NCBI GenBank assembly: GCA_008690995.1
Contig: VRMN01000003.1
Location: forward strand, 1,302,001 to 1,366,000
Source: Porphyridium purpureum
Lineage: Eukaryota
Length of the DNA stretch: 64,000 nt
Direction of reading: 5' to 3'
Part shown: positions 19,549-30,548 of the stretch, one piece after another
Layout of the letters: each line of letters starts with the position of its first letter
Position numbering within the stretch: the first letter of the stretch is position 1
The notes under the pieces: generated by a model
What the model was told of the DNA's origin: nothing
The model's input: the letters and a program-made list of their open reading frames with translations, nothing else
Database searches by the model: none
Made by a program: the position numbers and the translations under genes

Positions 19549-22500
19549 ATGGAAAAATTACTGGATCCGTCCCTGTCGGACGCTGAATTTGTGATGCTGC
19601 TGAACCAAACGATTCAGGTGATGTACACGTCTTCGAGCGCAGCGGAGCGCAACATGGCACAAACTTTGCTGACGCAGGTTCAGGAGATGCCCGACGCGTG
19701 GTTGCGTGCCGACAAGGTGTTGGATGAGCCACAGTCATCACAACCAACCAAGTTTTACGCGCTGCAGTTGCTAACAGGGATGATCAGCTACCGCTGGAAA
19801 GCACTGCCACGTGCAACAGCAGAAACAGTCCGCAGCTACGTGGTGAACAAAGTGATCGCGCTGTCTTCCACACAGGAAGGTCTTCTGAGCGAGAGAGTTT
19901 ACCTGAACAAGCTAAATCTCGTACTTGTAAGCATTGTGAAGCAAGAGTGGCCAGCGCACTGGAGATCTTTCATACAAGAGATTGTTGGTGCAAGCAAAAC
20001 AAATCCTTATCTGTGCGAGAACAACATGGTGATTCTTGCACTGCTATCTGAAGAAGTGTTTGAGTTTTCGCACGGCCAGATGAAGCAAGATCGCATCGTT
20101 GAGCTTAAGAATCAGTTCAACGATGAGTTTGCAATGGTGTTTCAGCTGTGTCAGTGGGTATTCAAACAAGCAGACACGCTCATCAGTACGCACAAGTCTT
20201 TAGTGTGCCAGTCGCTCCAAACGCTGGAAAAGTTTCTCATGTGGATTCCGCTTGGGTACATCTACGAAACGGATTTAATCGAGGACTTGATCAAATTCTT
20301 TGGCGTGCCTTACCTTCGCAACGCTTCGTTGCGGTGTATGGTCGAAATCGGCTCGCTCAACGTGACGACTATGTACGCCGTTCAAATCAAGACGCTGCTT
20401 GTGAATTTTATGAAAACCTTGGTGAGCTTCGTGCCACCCACGCACGACTTCCATAACGTGTACGAGACTTCGGACGAGGAGGCCCAGAACTTTATCATGG
20501 ACCTTGCGTTGTTTTTCACCGGATTCTTCAAGGCGCACTTGTCACTTTTGGACAACGATGAAAACAGCGACGTTCAGACAGCGATCCGTATTGCGCACGA
20601 GTTTTTGGCCAACCTGTCCACAGTGCCGGACATCGAAGTGTTCAAAACATGCCTCGAGTGGTGGCACCGCCTGGCCAGTGATTTGTATTCGAACGAGTGT
20701 CACCCTTCGGTGGCGCTGCTCCGTAGCCCGCTCATGCTGGGTGGGAGCCAGGGCATACATAATCACATCTTGGATGGAACTAACACCAATAACAATACCG
20801 GCGACGGATCGTCTGCGATGGAGGGCCAGGCGCGCTCGGGGCCATCGAGAAGAATGTTTTACGCGCCCATTCTCAGCGCGGTGCGGCGCGTCATGATATC
20901 GCGCATGGCTAAGCCTGAAGAGGTACTCATTGTGGAAGATGAAAACGGCGAGATCGTAAGGGAGACCACAAAGGACACAGACGCGATTGCGCTCTACAAG
21001 ACGATGCGCGAGACGCTCGTATTCCTTACACATCTTGACACTGATGACACAGAGCACATCATGCTGGAGCGCATGACGAAACAGATTGATGGTACAGAGT
21101 GGTCGTGGCACAATCTGAATACACTTTGCTGGGCGATTGGTAGCATCTCGGGCGCCATGGGCGAAGAAGAGGAGAAAAAGTTCTTGGTGACGGTGATTAA
21201 GGACTTGCTCCACCTTTGCGAGCAAAAGCGCGGGAAAGACAACAAGGCCGTTGTGGCCTCCAACATCATGTATGTTGTGGGCCAATACCCGCGTTTTCTT
21301 CGCGCCCACTGGAAGTTTCTCAAGACTGTCGTCAACAAGAATTTCGAGTTTATGCACGAGACGCACCCGGGCGTGCAGGACATGGCGTGCGACACCTTTC
21401 TCAAAATTGCGCAAAAGTGTCGTCGTAAATTTGTGACCACGCAGATTGGCGAGACACGGCCCTTCATCAACGAAATGCTTGATAATGTGTCCGAGATCAT
21501 TGCCGAGCTGGAGCCGCACCAGATCCAGTCGTTCTACGAGAGCTGTGGTTGCATCATCGCGTCGCACTCAAACTCTCAAGAGCGCGACGGCTTGATCGTC
21601 AAGCTCTTTGAACTGCCCAATCAAAGTTGGCAGCAGATCATCTATGCTGCATCGTCTAGCGGTAACGACGTGCTCAAGCAGCGTGACACCATGAAAAAGA
21701 TTGTGAACATTCTGCGCACCAATGCGCGAGTCGCGGGGAGTTTGGGCCCACCGTACTATGTGCAGCTCAAGTTCATTTTTGTGGACATGCTGAAAATGTA
21801 CAGCTTGTACTCGGAAATGATCTCGCTAGCGGTGCAATCTCAAGGTGTATTTGCGACGCGCACGTCCGATGCAAGAAATATGCGTTCAGTGAAGAAGGAG
21901 TGTTTGAGGGTAATCGAGGCCTTTCTGTCGACCCTAGAGCACAAGGACAAGGACCTTGTGCTCCGAGATGTGGTCGACCCGATGCTAGAACCGATTCTCG
22001 GGAACTACTACAACTCGATCGCCGAGGCGCGGGACGCCGAAGTGCTGTCGCTTTTCTCGGAAATCGTGTCGTCGATGAAGGGATTAGACGATGCCCGCAT
22101 TCGTATGATTTTCAAGAGCCTTATGAGTTGCACCTTGGACATGATTCGGAATAATTTTGAGGACTTTCCGGACGCTAGGCTCAACTTTTTCAAGCTGTTG
22201 GCGTCGATCAATCGCTACTCGTTTCCGTCGCTCTTTCGACTAGACGAAAACCCGGCCGCTGCGGAGGCAGAGTTTCGCGTCGTGGTGGACGCAATTGTGT
22301 GGGCGTTCCGCCACACCGAGCGCAATGTCGCAGAGACTGGCCTCACCATCTTGCTGGAGCACATACAGAATATCGCGAATTCTGAGTACGTCGGGTACTG
22401 GTTCCAGCGTTACTTTCGCATGATTCTGAATGAGATTTTGTCCGTTCTGACCGACACATTGCATAAGCCCGGCTTCAAGTTGCAGTCGCTCATTTTGATG

Positions 22501-22914
22501 CACTTGCTTGGTATTGTGACCTCAGGTGTTCTCAAAGAGCCCATCTGGAATCAGGATAATTCACAGGACAATGCGCTCGCAACGTCGAACGGCACGCAGC
22601 CGCCAAGCAATCCCCTGTTTGTGCGTAACCACCTGATGCAGACTCTGAGTTCAGCGTTCCCGAACATGAACGAGGCTCAAGTGCTAGAGACGCTCCGTGG
22701 CATGATTGAATGCAACGAAGAGAAGGCATTCAAGGGCCACTTGAGAGATTTTCTTGTGCAGACCAAGGAGTTCTCTGCAGGTGACAATACCGATCTGTAC
22801 GATGAAGAGCGTCAATTGCAACAAATTGAGCAGCAGAAACAGGAAGCCGAAAGGTTGGCCCGAACACCTGGGTTGGTAGCGCCGAACGCCATGCCGGATG
22901 ACGGTATGAGCTAA
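19549..22914 (+). CDS. XPO1: Exportin-1 (CRM1)
   Basis: Highly conserved segments MAKPEEVLIVEDENGEIVRE and DLLHLCEQKRGKDNKAVVASNIMYVVGQYPRFL; intronless; ATG 19549 (MEKLLD). Confidence 0.97.
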   Translation: MEKLLDPSLSDAEFVMLLNQTIQVMYTSSSAAERNMAQTLLTQVQEMPDAWLRADKVLDEPQSSQPTKFYALQLLTGMISYRWKALPRATAETVRSYVVNKVIALSSTQEGLLSERVYLNKLNLVLVSIVKQEWPAHWRSFIQEIVGASKTNPYLCENNMVILALLSEEVFEFSHGQMKQDRIVELKNQFNDEFAMVFQLCQWVFKQADTLISTHKSLVCQSLQTLEKFLMWIPLGYIYETDLIEDLIKFFGVPYLRNASLRCMVEIGSLNVTTMYAVQIKTLLVNFMKTLVSFVPPTHDFHNVYETSDEEAQNFIMDLALFFTGFFKAHLSLLDNDENSDVQTAIRIAHEFLANLSTVPDIEVFKTCLEWWHRLASDLYSNECHPSVALLRSPLMLGGSQGIHNHILDGTNTNNNTGDGSSAMEGQARSGPSRRMFYAPILSAVRRVMISRMAKPEEVLIVEDENGEIVRETTKDTDAIALYKTMRETLVFLTHLDTDDTEHIMLERMTKQIDGTEWSWHNLNTLCWAIGSISGAMGEEEEKKFLVTVIKDLLHLCEQKRGKDNKAVVASNIMYVVGQYPRFLRAHWKFLKTVVNKNFEFMHETHPGVQDMACDTFLKIAQKCRRKFVTTQIGETRPFINEMLDNVSEIIAELEPHQIQSFYESCGCIIASHSNSQERDGLIVKLFELPNQSWQQIIYAASSSGNDVLKQRDTMKKIVNILRTNARVAGSLGPPYYVQLKFIFVDMLKMYSLYSEMISLAVQSQGVFATRTSDARNMRSVKKECLRVIEAFLSTLEHKDKDLVLRDVVDPMLEPILGNYYNSIAEARDAEVLSLFSEIVSSMKGLDDARIRMIFKSLMSCTLDMIRNNFEDFPDARLNFFKLLASINRYSFPSLFRLDENPAAAEAEFRVVVDAIVWAFRHTERNVAETGLTILLEHIQNIANSEYVGYWFQRYFRMILNEILSVLTDTLHKPGFKLQSLILMHLLGIVTSGVLKEPIWNQDNSQDNALATSNGTQPPSNPLFVRNHLMQTLSSAFPNMNEAQVLETLRGMIECNEEKAFKGHLRDFLVQTKEFSAGDNTDLYDEERQLQQIEQQKQEAERLARTPGLVAPNAMPDDGMS

Positions 22915-23132
22915 AATGAGCCTGAAGCGTATTTCGTAGAGTAGAAGAAAGAGGGAAAGGTGTGTGTATGGGTGCGGTTTCATGTCTTTTTATCTTCTCC
23001 ATTGCCCGGTTGCCGTCCTTTATGGGTTGTTTTGATCCTTTTCGCCTAGGGCATTTCCGTAGTCGAGCACTTGCTCTCTTCGGTGCAGATAGTAGGTCGA
23101 CACTGAGATCGCCGGTCATACCTGAACCGTCG

Positions 23133-24263
23133 ATGTCGACAGGAAGCGGTATGCCGCCTCCGACATTTGTACCACAAATTGCCCGGCAGTTCTCACAGAA
23201 GAGGCGCACCGTTAAGGCGGCAGTTTGTCCGGTGCGCATGGCCACGCCAAATGCCCGCAAGACCGTCGTGGCCAATCGGTTACGAGATGTGTTTCTTGAC
23301 CCCAAGTCGGGCTCCGCGAGGTACGAAACGGTTTTTTTGGATCAGTTTGGCGTCGTGCATGATGGCCAAACGCCATACCCGAGCGCAGTTCAATGCATAG
23401 GCACGCTGGCGACGGAATACGGGGTGCGAATCGTGGTGCTTTCAAATAGTTCGCGACGGGCGACGCACGCGATCGAGAAGCTGCGCGATTCGTTTGGAGT
23501 CCACCCAGACTGGATTTTCGGGGTTGTGACTTCCGGCGAGGTTGCACACTGCCTACTTGAGGGCCGAGGCAAGCGCGCGAAGGACATGCTTGGTCTGGAG
23601 CTCGGCGCACGCGTGCTGCACACTAATTGGAGCGAGCGTGGTCGAATCCAGCTCAATGAAGCATTTGAACCTGTAGGAACCGACACAGATCGAACCGATT
23701 TCGTTCTTACGCATGGCGTTGAGGGGGTTTCGGTGAGAGAGGCAGATGCAGACGCCGTCCTTCGTATGGCATTTCCTGAAATGCTCGCGCTCATGCGAAA
23801 TGCTGCCAAGAATGACAGGCCACTGTTGTGTGCAAATCCTGATATGGTCACTGTTGACGGCGGACAACTGAGAGACATGCCGGGTAAGCTGGCTGCCGAG
23901 TATGAGCGTCATGGAGGCCCGGTGTACCGTTTGGGCAAACCGGAAGCAATTGCTTATCAGTTCGCATGCCAGATGCTGACGGAAAGCACTGGCGAGGTAA
24001 TTGATCGCAGTAGTATTCTAGCCATCGGAGACTCAATGCAGCATGACATCGCCGGGGCGTGCGCATTTGGCATTGACTCGTGCTACATTGCTGGTGGTAT
24101 TAACGCGGAAGCGTTTGGCTTGAAAGCCGACCCTTCGATACCAAGCACAGAATGGGGCATTCCGGATGTATCTGTCGCTGAGACAGTTGCAGAGATTGCG
24201 CGGATTGAAACCACGAGCAGTTGCTCACCCACGTACTCTATCCCCTTCTTTCGATGGGATTAA
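23133..24263 (+). CDS. HAD-superfamily subfamily IIA hydrolase, probable organelle transit peptide (start uncertain)
   Basis: LDQFGVVHDG, LSNSSRR, CANPD, GKP and IGDSMQHDIAGA motifs. Confidence 0.88.
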   Translation: MSTGSGMPPPTFVPQIARQFSQKRRTVKAAVCPVRMATPNARKTVVANRLRDVFLDPKSGSARYETVFLDQFGVVHDGQTPYPSAVQCIGTLATEYGVRIVVLSNSSRRATHAIEKLRDSFGVHPDWIFGVVTSGEVAHCLLEGRGKRAKDMLGLELGARVLHTNWSERGRIQLNEAFEPVGTDTDRTDFVLTHGVEGVSVREADADAVLRMAFPEMLALMRNAAKNDRPLLCANPDMVTVDGGQLRDMPGKLAAEYERHGGPVYRLGKPEAIAYQFACQMLTESTGEVIDRSSILAIGDSMQHDIAGACAFGIDSCYIAGGINAEAFGLKADPSIPSTEWGIPDVSVAETVAEIARIETTSSCSPTYSIPFFRWD

Positions 24264-24514
24264 ACACTTTAACACACGCAAAGAGGGCTAGTGTATTTTC
24301 TGCGCAATTATGTCAAACATTACTGCGCTCCGTTTTCTTTGGTAATGAAGAGAAGACTTCGATCCTGTCTGACATCGTGTCTAAGACCCATACGCAATCG
24401 CTCGCGCTCAGCTTGGTCTCATTAACGTACCATTTTCACGGCATTTATGATAAACATTATCCTACGGAGCGGATAAAGAGAAGGACGAGAGTATTAATGA
24501 AGGATCAACGTCAA

Positions 24515-26464
24515 TCAGAGATACAAGCGTCTCGCCTTCCGCGCAGATCGGCGTAGGCTGGTGTTGAGCAAACGAGATGCCCCGCCTTTGTCACGCTCCC
24601 GGCTGAGATGCTTTCGTTCCTCTTGAACCTGATCCCCATCCCAATTAGTCTCGACCTCGTGCGAGCCCTTTACGCAATTCTTCTCAGCATTCGTCGCATG
24701 ATCTGGATTCGAAAAGGGAATCAAGAAGGAATGCAGTGCAAGCCGCTTTTGCTTTGCGCTCGCCTTTTCGTCTCCGAAGTAAGTACGCTTCCTTGCGAGC
24801 AGGGCACTCTGGCGCTGTCCTACTGGCGCGGCAGGCTCCGTGGACTGTCCTGAGACATATGGGTCGTCCTGAAAGAAATCCCACAGACCCTTGGCGGCCT
24901 CTTTCTCGTCATCCTGTCTTTGCCATGAGCATGAGCCATCTTCTTGTCCACTGCAGTTGGCGTCTGCGGCGTTCGCTGCGGTCGTACCACTCTCGGCTTC
25001 TGCGTGTGGTTGGGATGCGCATGCACCTCCCCGCACTTGATTGAGGTCTGATTTTCCATCGCGATGCCACGCGCCTCGCGCCATTTGCTGCTCTCTTCCT
25101 GCAGGTGCAATGCAAGGAGCAGTTTTGTCACCACGAACCACTGAGCGAAAGGGCTTACTTGAGCCAAACTCGCAGGCTTTCATTGTCGCGCAAGCGGTAT
25201 CGTCAACATTCTGCTTTTGGATTGCGTTTTTGACAGTATTCTCATCTGAACTTTTAGCAGCCAAATGAGCTGTCATGACTGCGCTGATCGGGCTTTGGGC
25301 GCGGTCTGACGCTTGTCCCGGTACCTTCTCTCCGCATTGAGAATGCAAACACTTCACCTTGTCCTGCTCGCCCCGGGCAAGAGGTGCGTCAACAGCAACA
25401 GACAGGCTCTGTGTCGGCTCGTCCTTCTTGTCAGTGTTTTCCAGCAAATATGCACATGTCATAGTTGCTGTGTCGACAAAAACCCGATCTGAAGGCTCTG
25501 CAGAGTTCTCGTGCTCGGGTAGTCGCGACTGCAATTGTTCGATCGCTTGCATCACCGATTGTAAATTGTCTTTCAATTCCGAATAATGCGCTCGAATAGA
25601 TCCCTGTAAATGCATTGGCAGCGTATAATGTCGTGTGGTTAGCCATCTTTCCCTTGCTCCTCGTCAGCCCTCTCGCCGGAGCGGAAAGCAAATTCCGACC
25701 AGGCAGCAAGAGAATCCTAAAACAGATTTGACGTACCACTTCAATAAGAATCCTTGAGCAGGCCGAGTCAAAGCTGGACGTCAACTTGCTCTGCACTTCA
25801 GCAAGGAAGTCCTTCTGCGATTCCACGGCGCTCTGTGTGCCGAGCATGCGTTCCGACACTGCCATGACCTCTCTCTGGACGGCCGCGCACATTTGATTGA
25901 GCTGGTGCTCCTTAGTCGAAGCCAGCGCGCTGTCGAGGACCCGCGCGCGCAGTTCGCTCGTGAGTGCTTGTTGTGTCTCGGGATGCAACTGCGAGTTCGT
26001 GCTTGCAATACCACCGGCATGAGTCAGGCCGTTCGCAAGCATGCTAGGAGTAAATGAAGGCCTGAGCTGCGATGACGATGGCACATCCCCTAAGACTGCT
26101 GCGTAACGCGCTGCGTTCTCCTGTCTTCGCGAGTCGGCCTGTGAAACCTGTTCAAACTCGCACGGTAAAAGTTCTGAGAGTCAGTACCACGAGCTCGGCG
26201 CACCCCGCTGTGAAACAGATATGCTCATCCCACTAAATTGGCGCAGTGAATGTTCCTGAAGCGTACCTGTGCCGGAATTGAGGCTGTCTGCTTGATGCAG
26301 CCGTGCACAGTAAGTTGCGATCGATAGTCGGAAGCATGACTGATCACACTCGCCCCGAGCTGTGTCTGTCCATATTGCGAGTCACTTTGCATGTGCGACT
26401 GCGGCTGTGATGTCCCATACCGCGGAACTCGCACCAGCGGCAGCGACACACGACTGGCCCTCAT
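24515..26464 (-). CDS. Hypothetical protein with at least two introns (26266-26148, 25736-25604); 5' end uncertain
   Basis: Three ORF pieces join in phase 0 through GTACGC/GTACGT donors, ACTGAC/GCTAAC branch sites and CAG acceptors; coiled-coil-like middle. Confidence 0.6.
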
Positions 26465-27211
26465 CTTGCTCACTTGTCTCCGGTCTCCTCGTCATGCACC
26501 TCTCCTCAGGCCTCCCAGCAAGATCGGTTTATCGGTCTATACCTGGAAGAGAGCCGATCACTTACCGCCGTCGTACGCAGGAGGATGGAAAGTGTGATCG
26601 ACGATGGCCGACCCGATCCATCGTCTTTGTCGAGCGGCGGGCGCAAGCGGCTAGTGCCAAACTGCTGTACGCAGTGTCGCTCCGGTGGATCCACAGAGCG
26701 TCATCGCCGGGGGTAGAGGATCGCTCCTCGGTTCAAGTGGAATGAAGGTATGTGGAGATGAAGACTTTTCGTGTGTCGGACGTAGGACTGAGTCCGTGCT
26801 GAGACGCGCGAGGGAGTTTCGCGGGAGTTTGAAGCGGTATATGGCAAAGAGGATGGGTTCAAAAAGCTATGTGATGAAAAGCATTTTCAAAATACAGTTA
26901 TCCCTGGCTGAAAAGGTCACTCGCGAAGGATAATGAGAACCGTGTGTTGAGAAAATTATGTTTCTGAAAGATAGACCCTCCTGGCCCGACCGCCTTTTTC
27001 CCGCGATTGCCTTCTGCCAGTAGAACAGTATGACGTCAAGGGCAGCTGCTTAGGGCCCCGTCATGTGTATGGCGGGAGCGTGTGTTATAGAACTGGAGAA
27101 GACTGACTTTTAGTATGTTTGCTTCTGTGACTTTTTTGGTACTTACCTTTGCACTTTCTCGGCATGCTGATGAAGAGATGGAAAAAGCAAACTGTGACGC
27201 ATCCTGTCCCC

Positions 27212-27808
27212 TCAAGTCTCCTGTCTTGGCGGCTCGCGGTGCGAGGCATTGGGGCGGAGAACTTTGCAGGGGTTTCCAGCAGCAATGACGTTGTCCGGAA
27301 TCGATTTGGTGACCACAGAGCCGGCACCGATGACGACATTGCTCCCTATCGAGACACCGGGCAGTAGAATCGCGCCTCCGCCAATCCACACGTCATTTCC
27401 AATGGTGATGGGCGATCCGTCTTCATATCCTTCGCGCCGAAGACTTGCGGACAGCGGGTGACTCGCTGTATAGACCTGCACGGCTGGCCCAAGGAGAACA
27501 TTGGAGCCCACGTTGATCTGACAAACGTCTAGAAAACAGCAGTCAAAGTTGCAGTAGAAGTTATCGCCCACTGTGATGTTCTTTCCGTAATCGCAGCGAA
27601 ACGGCGGCTCGACCCACACATTTTTGCCCACATTTGCAAATAGTCGTGAGACAAGGGTCGGAATTTGCTGCTGTGCGTGTTTCGGAGCAACGGAATTCAG
27701 CTCCCACAAAATCTCTCGGCACCGCATACGCTCCGCGGCAAGTTCCGGGTCGGTGGCGATGTACAACTCGCCACGAAGCATTTTCGCCTTCATGGAATCC
27801 TCCTCCAT
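27212..27808 (-). CDS. maa: Maltose/galactoside O-acetyltransferase (hexapeptide-repeat family)
   Basis: KMLRGELY N-terminal domain, EPPFRCDYGKNI, YTASHP, IGNDVWIGG, IGAGSVVTKSIP...AGNP. Confidence 0.92.
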   Translation of the reverse strand: MEEDSMKAKMLRGELYIATDPELAAERMRCREILWELNSVAPKHAQQQIPTLVSRLFANVGKNVWVEPPFRCDYGKNITVGDNFYCNFDCCFLDVCQINVGSNVLLGPAVQVYTASHPLSASLRREGYEDGSPITIGNDVWIGGGAILLPGVSIGSNVVIGAGSVVTKSIPDNVIAAGNPCKVLRPNASHREPPRQET

Positions 27809-28430
27809 TCTGCCGCTTCCTTTCTTTGCTCGGTGCAGATTGAGACTTGATAGATACCCTTGGGCCGTGCCGCATCCCCACCTTGCGAACTTGTTCCGAC
27901 CCTGTGGAATCCTACATGACGAAAAACGTCCCCTCTATCCTTCTCCACACTACTTCTGTTGCCCAATAAAAAGCCGCTGGAAAAATTAAGGAGTTTTTGG
28001 ACCTACGGGCAACGAGCTTGTGGCAATTTGCAAAATGTTTCCCTCCGGCAGGTCATTGCTGTCCCAGCAGGAAACGGGCGCATCGATGCCTGGTTAAATT
28101 GAAGGCGTGCGCAGAAGACCGCGGCCACCATCCTCAATCAAAATTGCCCTGCCACGTCCCTGCACTCATATCATTTGTCCGTAAGCTGTCGTTTAGTACA
28201 AATAGAACTATTCACAAGGCGGCGCCAGTCCAAAAAAAGACACATGAACAGATGAACACCCATTCCGCTTCCCACCCGCGGTAAAGAAAACGAAACCCCC
28301 GAATCGCACGGCACCCAAAATTACACGCACCAAGAGTACGCTACGCTGCCACCCCTCAAGCTTCGCTCACCAGTCGAGCGCTCTAGCTCGACCGAGGCAG
28401 AAGGCTGCGCGAACATGCTTACGTCGGCCA

Positions 28431-29342
28431 TCACTGGTGAATGGGCGCGCAATTTTCTTCGATGCAGCTGTTCATGCAACCTCGCCGCATTTCCAAGCGC
28501 TGCTGTTCAAGGCGCGTGAGGCGCAAGCGAAGACGCTCTAAACGCCGCGAGTCTGACTCTACGGATACCTGTCTGGAAATGGCAGCAATGCGCTGGTCGA
28601 TCAGATCCTCCGACTCGTCAGACATCGGCTTTATCTTCGCGAAGGACACGCCCGATGTGCCAAGATGCTTCGACCTGGTCCAAAACGACGTTTGAGCCGC
28701 GTCCATGTCCGCGCATTTGTCTGCGCACGGAACCACCTGCAAGTGCTCAAGCTCGTTGCATAGTTCCAGGCGGCGGAGGCCGTGCATATTCTTTTTGAGT
28801 GCGTCCTGCTCCATCTCAGCATGTGTCCGAAACGTGCTCAGCGGCAACACCTCGATGCGCGGGCGCCACGCTTGCGCAGGCACATATCCCTGCGGTGAGG
28901 TCGGCATATCGACCTTGCCGGACCGCAGGGTCTTTTCCATGCGTGGAATCCCGGCGCATGGCGAGAGGCGGGCCGAGTCTGACTCGAACGGCTGAGCGGA
29001 TGGCTGCCTTTGTACTGAACGGCGCTGACCTTGGTGGTTAGCATGCGTTTCCATGTACCGGGTTGAGGCAACAGACGCCACACCGCTTGCGCGGGCGCGT
29101 CTCGCTTTCGTCACTTTGCTATACCTACTGACAGGCGGCGTCGATGAGCCGCGGTCCCTGCCAGACGCATGTAGTTGCGCCGGCGCGTCGGCTGCTGCCT
29201 CGTCCGCGCTGCTTTCCAGATACCACGGGCTCAGCGAGCAGCCGTTCGGACTCTGCGCGTCAATGGGACTCGAGAGCCCGCTCTCCTTCCCGCAACAGCC
29301 CGCGAGGCCGTGATTTTCACTGAGAAAGTGTGCTTTCCACAT
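28431..29342 (-). CDS. Hypothetical protein
   Basis: 303-aa ATG-initiated ORF with coiled-coil-like C-terminus; no recognised family. Confidence 0.5.
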   Translation of the reverse strand: MWKAHFLSENHGLAGCCGKESGLSSPIDAQSPNGCSLSPWYLESSADEAAADAPAQLHASGRDRGSSTPPVSRYSKVTKARRARASGVASVASTRYMETHANHQGQRRSVQRQPSAQPFESDSARLSPCAGIPRMEKTLRSGKVDMPTSPQGYVPAQAWRPRIEVLPLSTFRTHAEMEQDALKKNMHGLRRLELCNELEHLQVVPCADKCADMDAAQTSFWTRSKHLGTSGVSFAKIKPMSDESEDLIDQRIAAISRQVSVESDSRRLERLRLRLTRLEQQRLEMRRGCMNSCIEENCAPIHQ

Positions 29343-30548
29343 TTTGGCTCACCCTTTCCTTCTGTTCCCTACTCTCTGCATGCCACAGCTCGGTGATTCC
29401 AGTTTTATAGCTACGTCGCTCGCTCGCTCACGCGCTTTTGCGCTTTTCTGCTCACTGCTTAAGGAACGTCCCCCCTGTTCGTCTGTATTCCGGCGGCCGC
29501 CATTAAGACAACACCCGCCAGGTTTCCAATCAGTGGCGGAGGCTGTGAACGCGTGTAAGAACGTCGTCCCTTCACCAAATCATCCTGCGTGTCAATCCAT
29601 GCCACACGTCGCCACCGCCACCACCACCACCACGTTCACACCTTGAGTCAGCGAAGGCACAACCAAACAACCACAAAAACACCAACAAAAACGTGCAACC
29701 CACGCGGCCTGCCTCACGTTTTGCTCTCAACCGCGCCTCTCATGACACCATCAAAAAGTGTCGTAAGCTTTCGTACGCAGCACGTGTCCTTGTAGTCCAT
29801 ACGAATCGTCTATCATCAGTTCATGCGTGCATGCGTGCGTTGTTGTCGGTGTTGTTGTTGGTGGTGGTGGTGGTGATGGTGTTCTTGTTTTGAAAGTGTG
29901 CTGGCCATGTTCCCCCTCACACACTCCCCCCCGGCCACTCAGCACTGTCCCATTTTGCATTGGCACAGCACCATTAGTCGCCGCAGCCACCACCACAAAA
30001 ATAGGGAACACGTCATCTGTCATCACCACACCATACACGATGCACGTGTAAGTAGGGTCATGCGCTCATCCTGCATGCCGCGCATGCTCGATCTCCTACC
30101 AACCAGCCCTTATGCTTGATCACCGGTGGTAGCTCGTAACCCCGCCGCCCCCACCACCCCTCCCCCCCTTGCTAAAAAAAAGAAACAACGCTAGCCACGC
30201 ACAATGACTAAGATCGTTCCACGTTCTACGCCATGTCAATGTACTACGAATTACATTGTCATTGGAAAATCGCGGGACTTGTACACATGCATACTGTACA
30301 CCTTACGGTGTTGAGGTTCTGTGGGTTCGGAGGATGTACAGTGGTGATCAGCGCAATTCGAATTGGAATGCAATGCAAAGAAGATACGCGTAGAAGTGGG
30401 TTGGTTTGTTGGAAACGTGGAATGCGGCGCGACAGAGAAGAGAAAACCCAGATCGTGTTGATTCGGGCAAAGTGGTAAGAGAGTGTGGGATGAACGGAAG
30501 AGGGGGGCAAAACGTTTGGACTCGTGGTCTGGGTTGCGGTGCTTCGCG

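Noticed and set aside
21200..21240. Exportin-1 leptomycin-B site variant
   Set aside because: The reactive Cys (DLLHLCEQK) is present, which is the ordinary state.
29590..30010. CA-rich and GT-rich tracts that could pair as a long hairpin (similar at 37680-37960)
   Set aside because: Low-complexity UTR or intergenic simple repeats; complementarity is compositional only.
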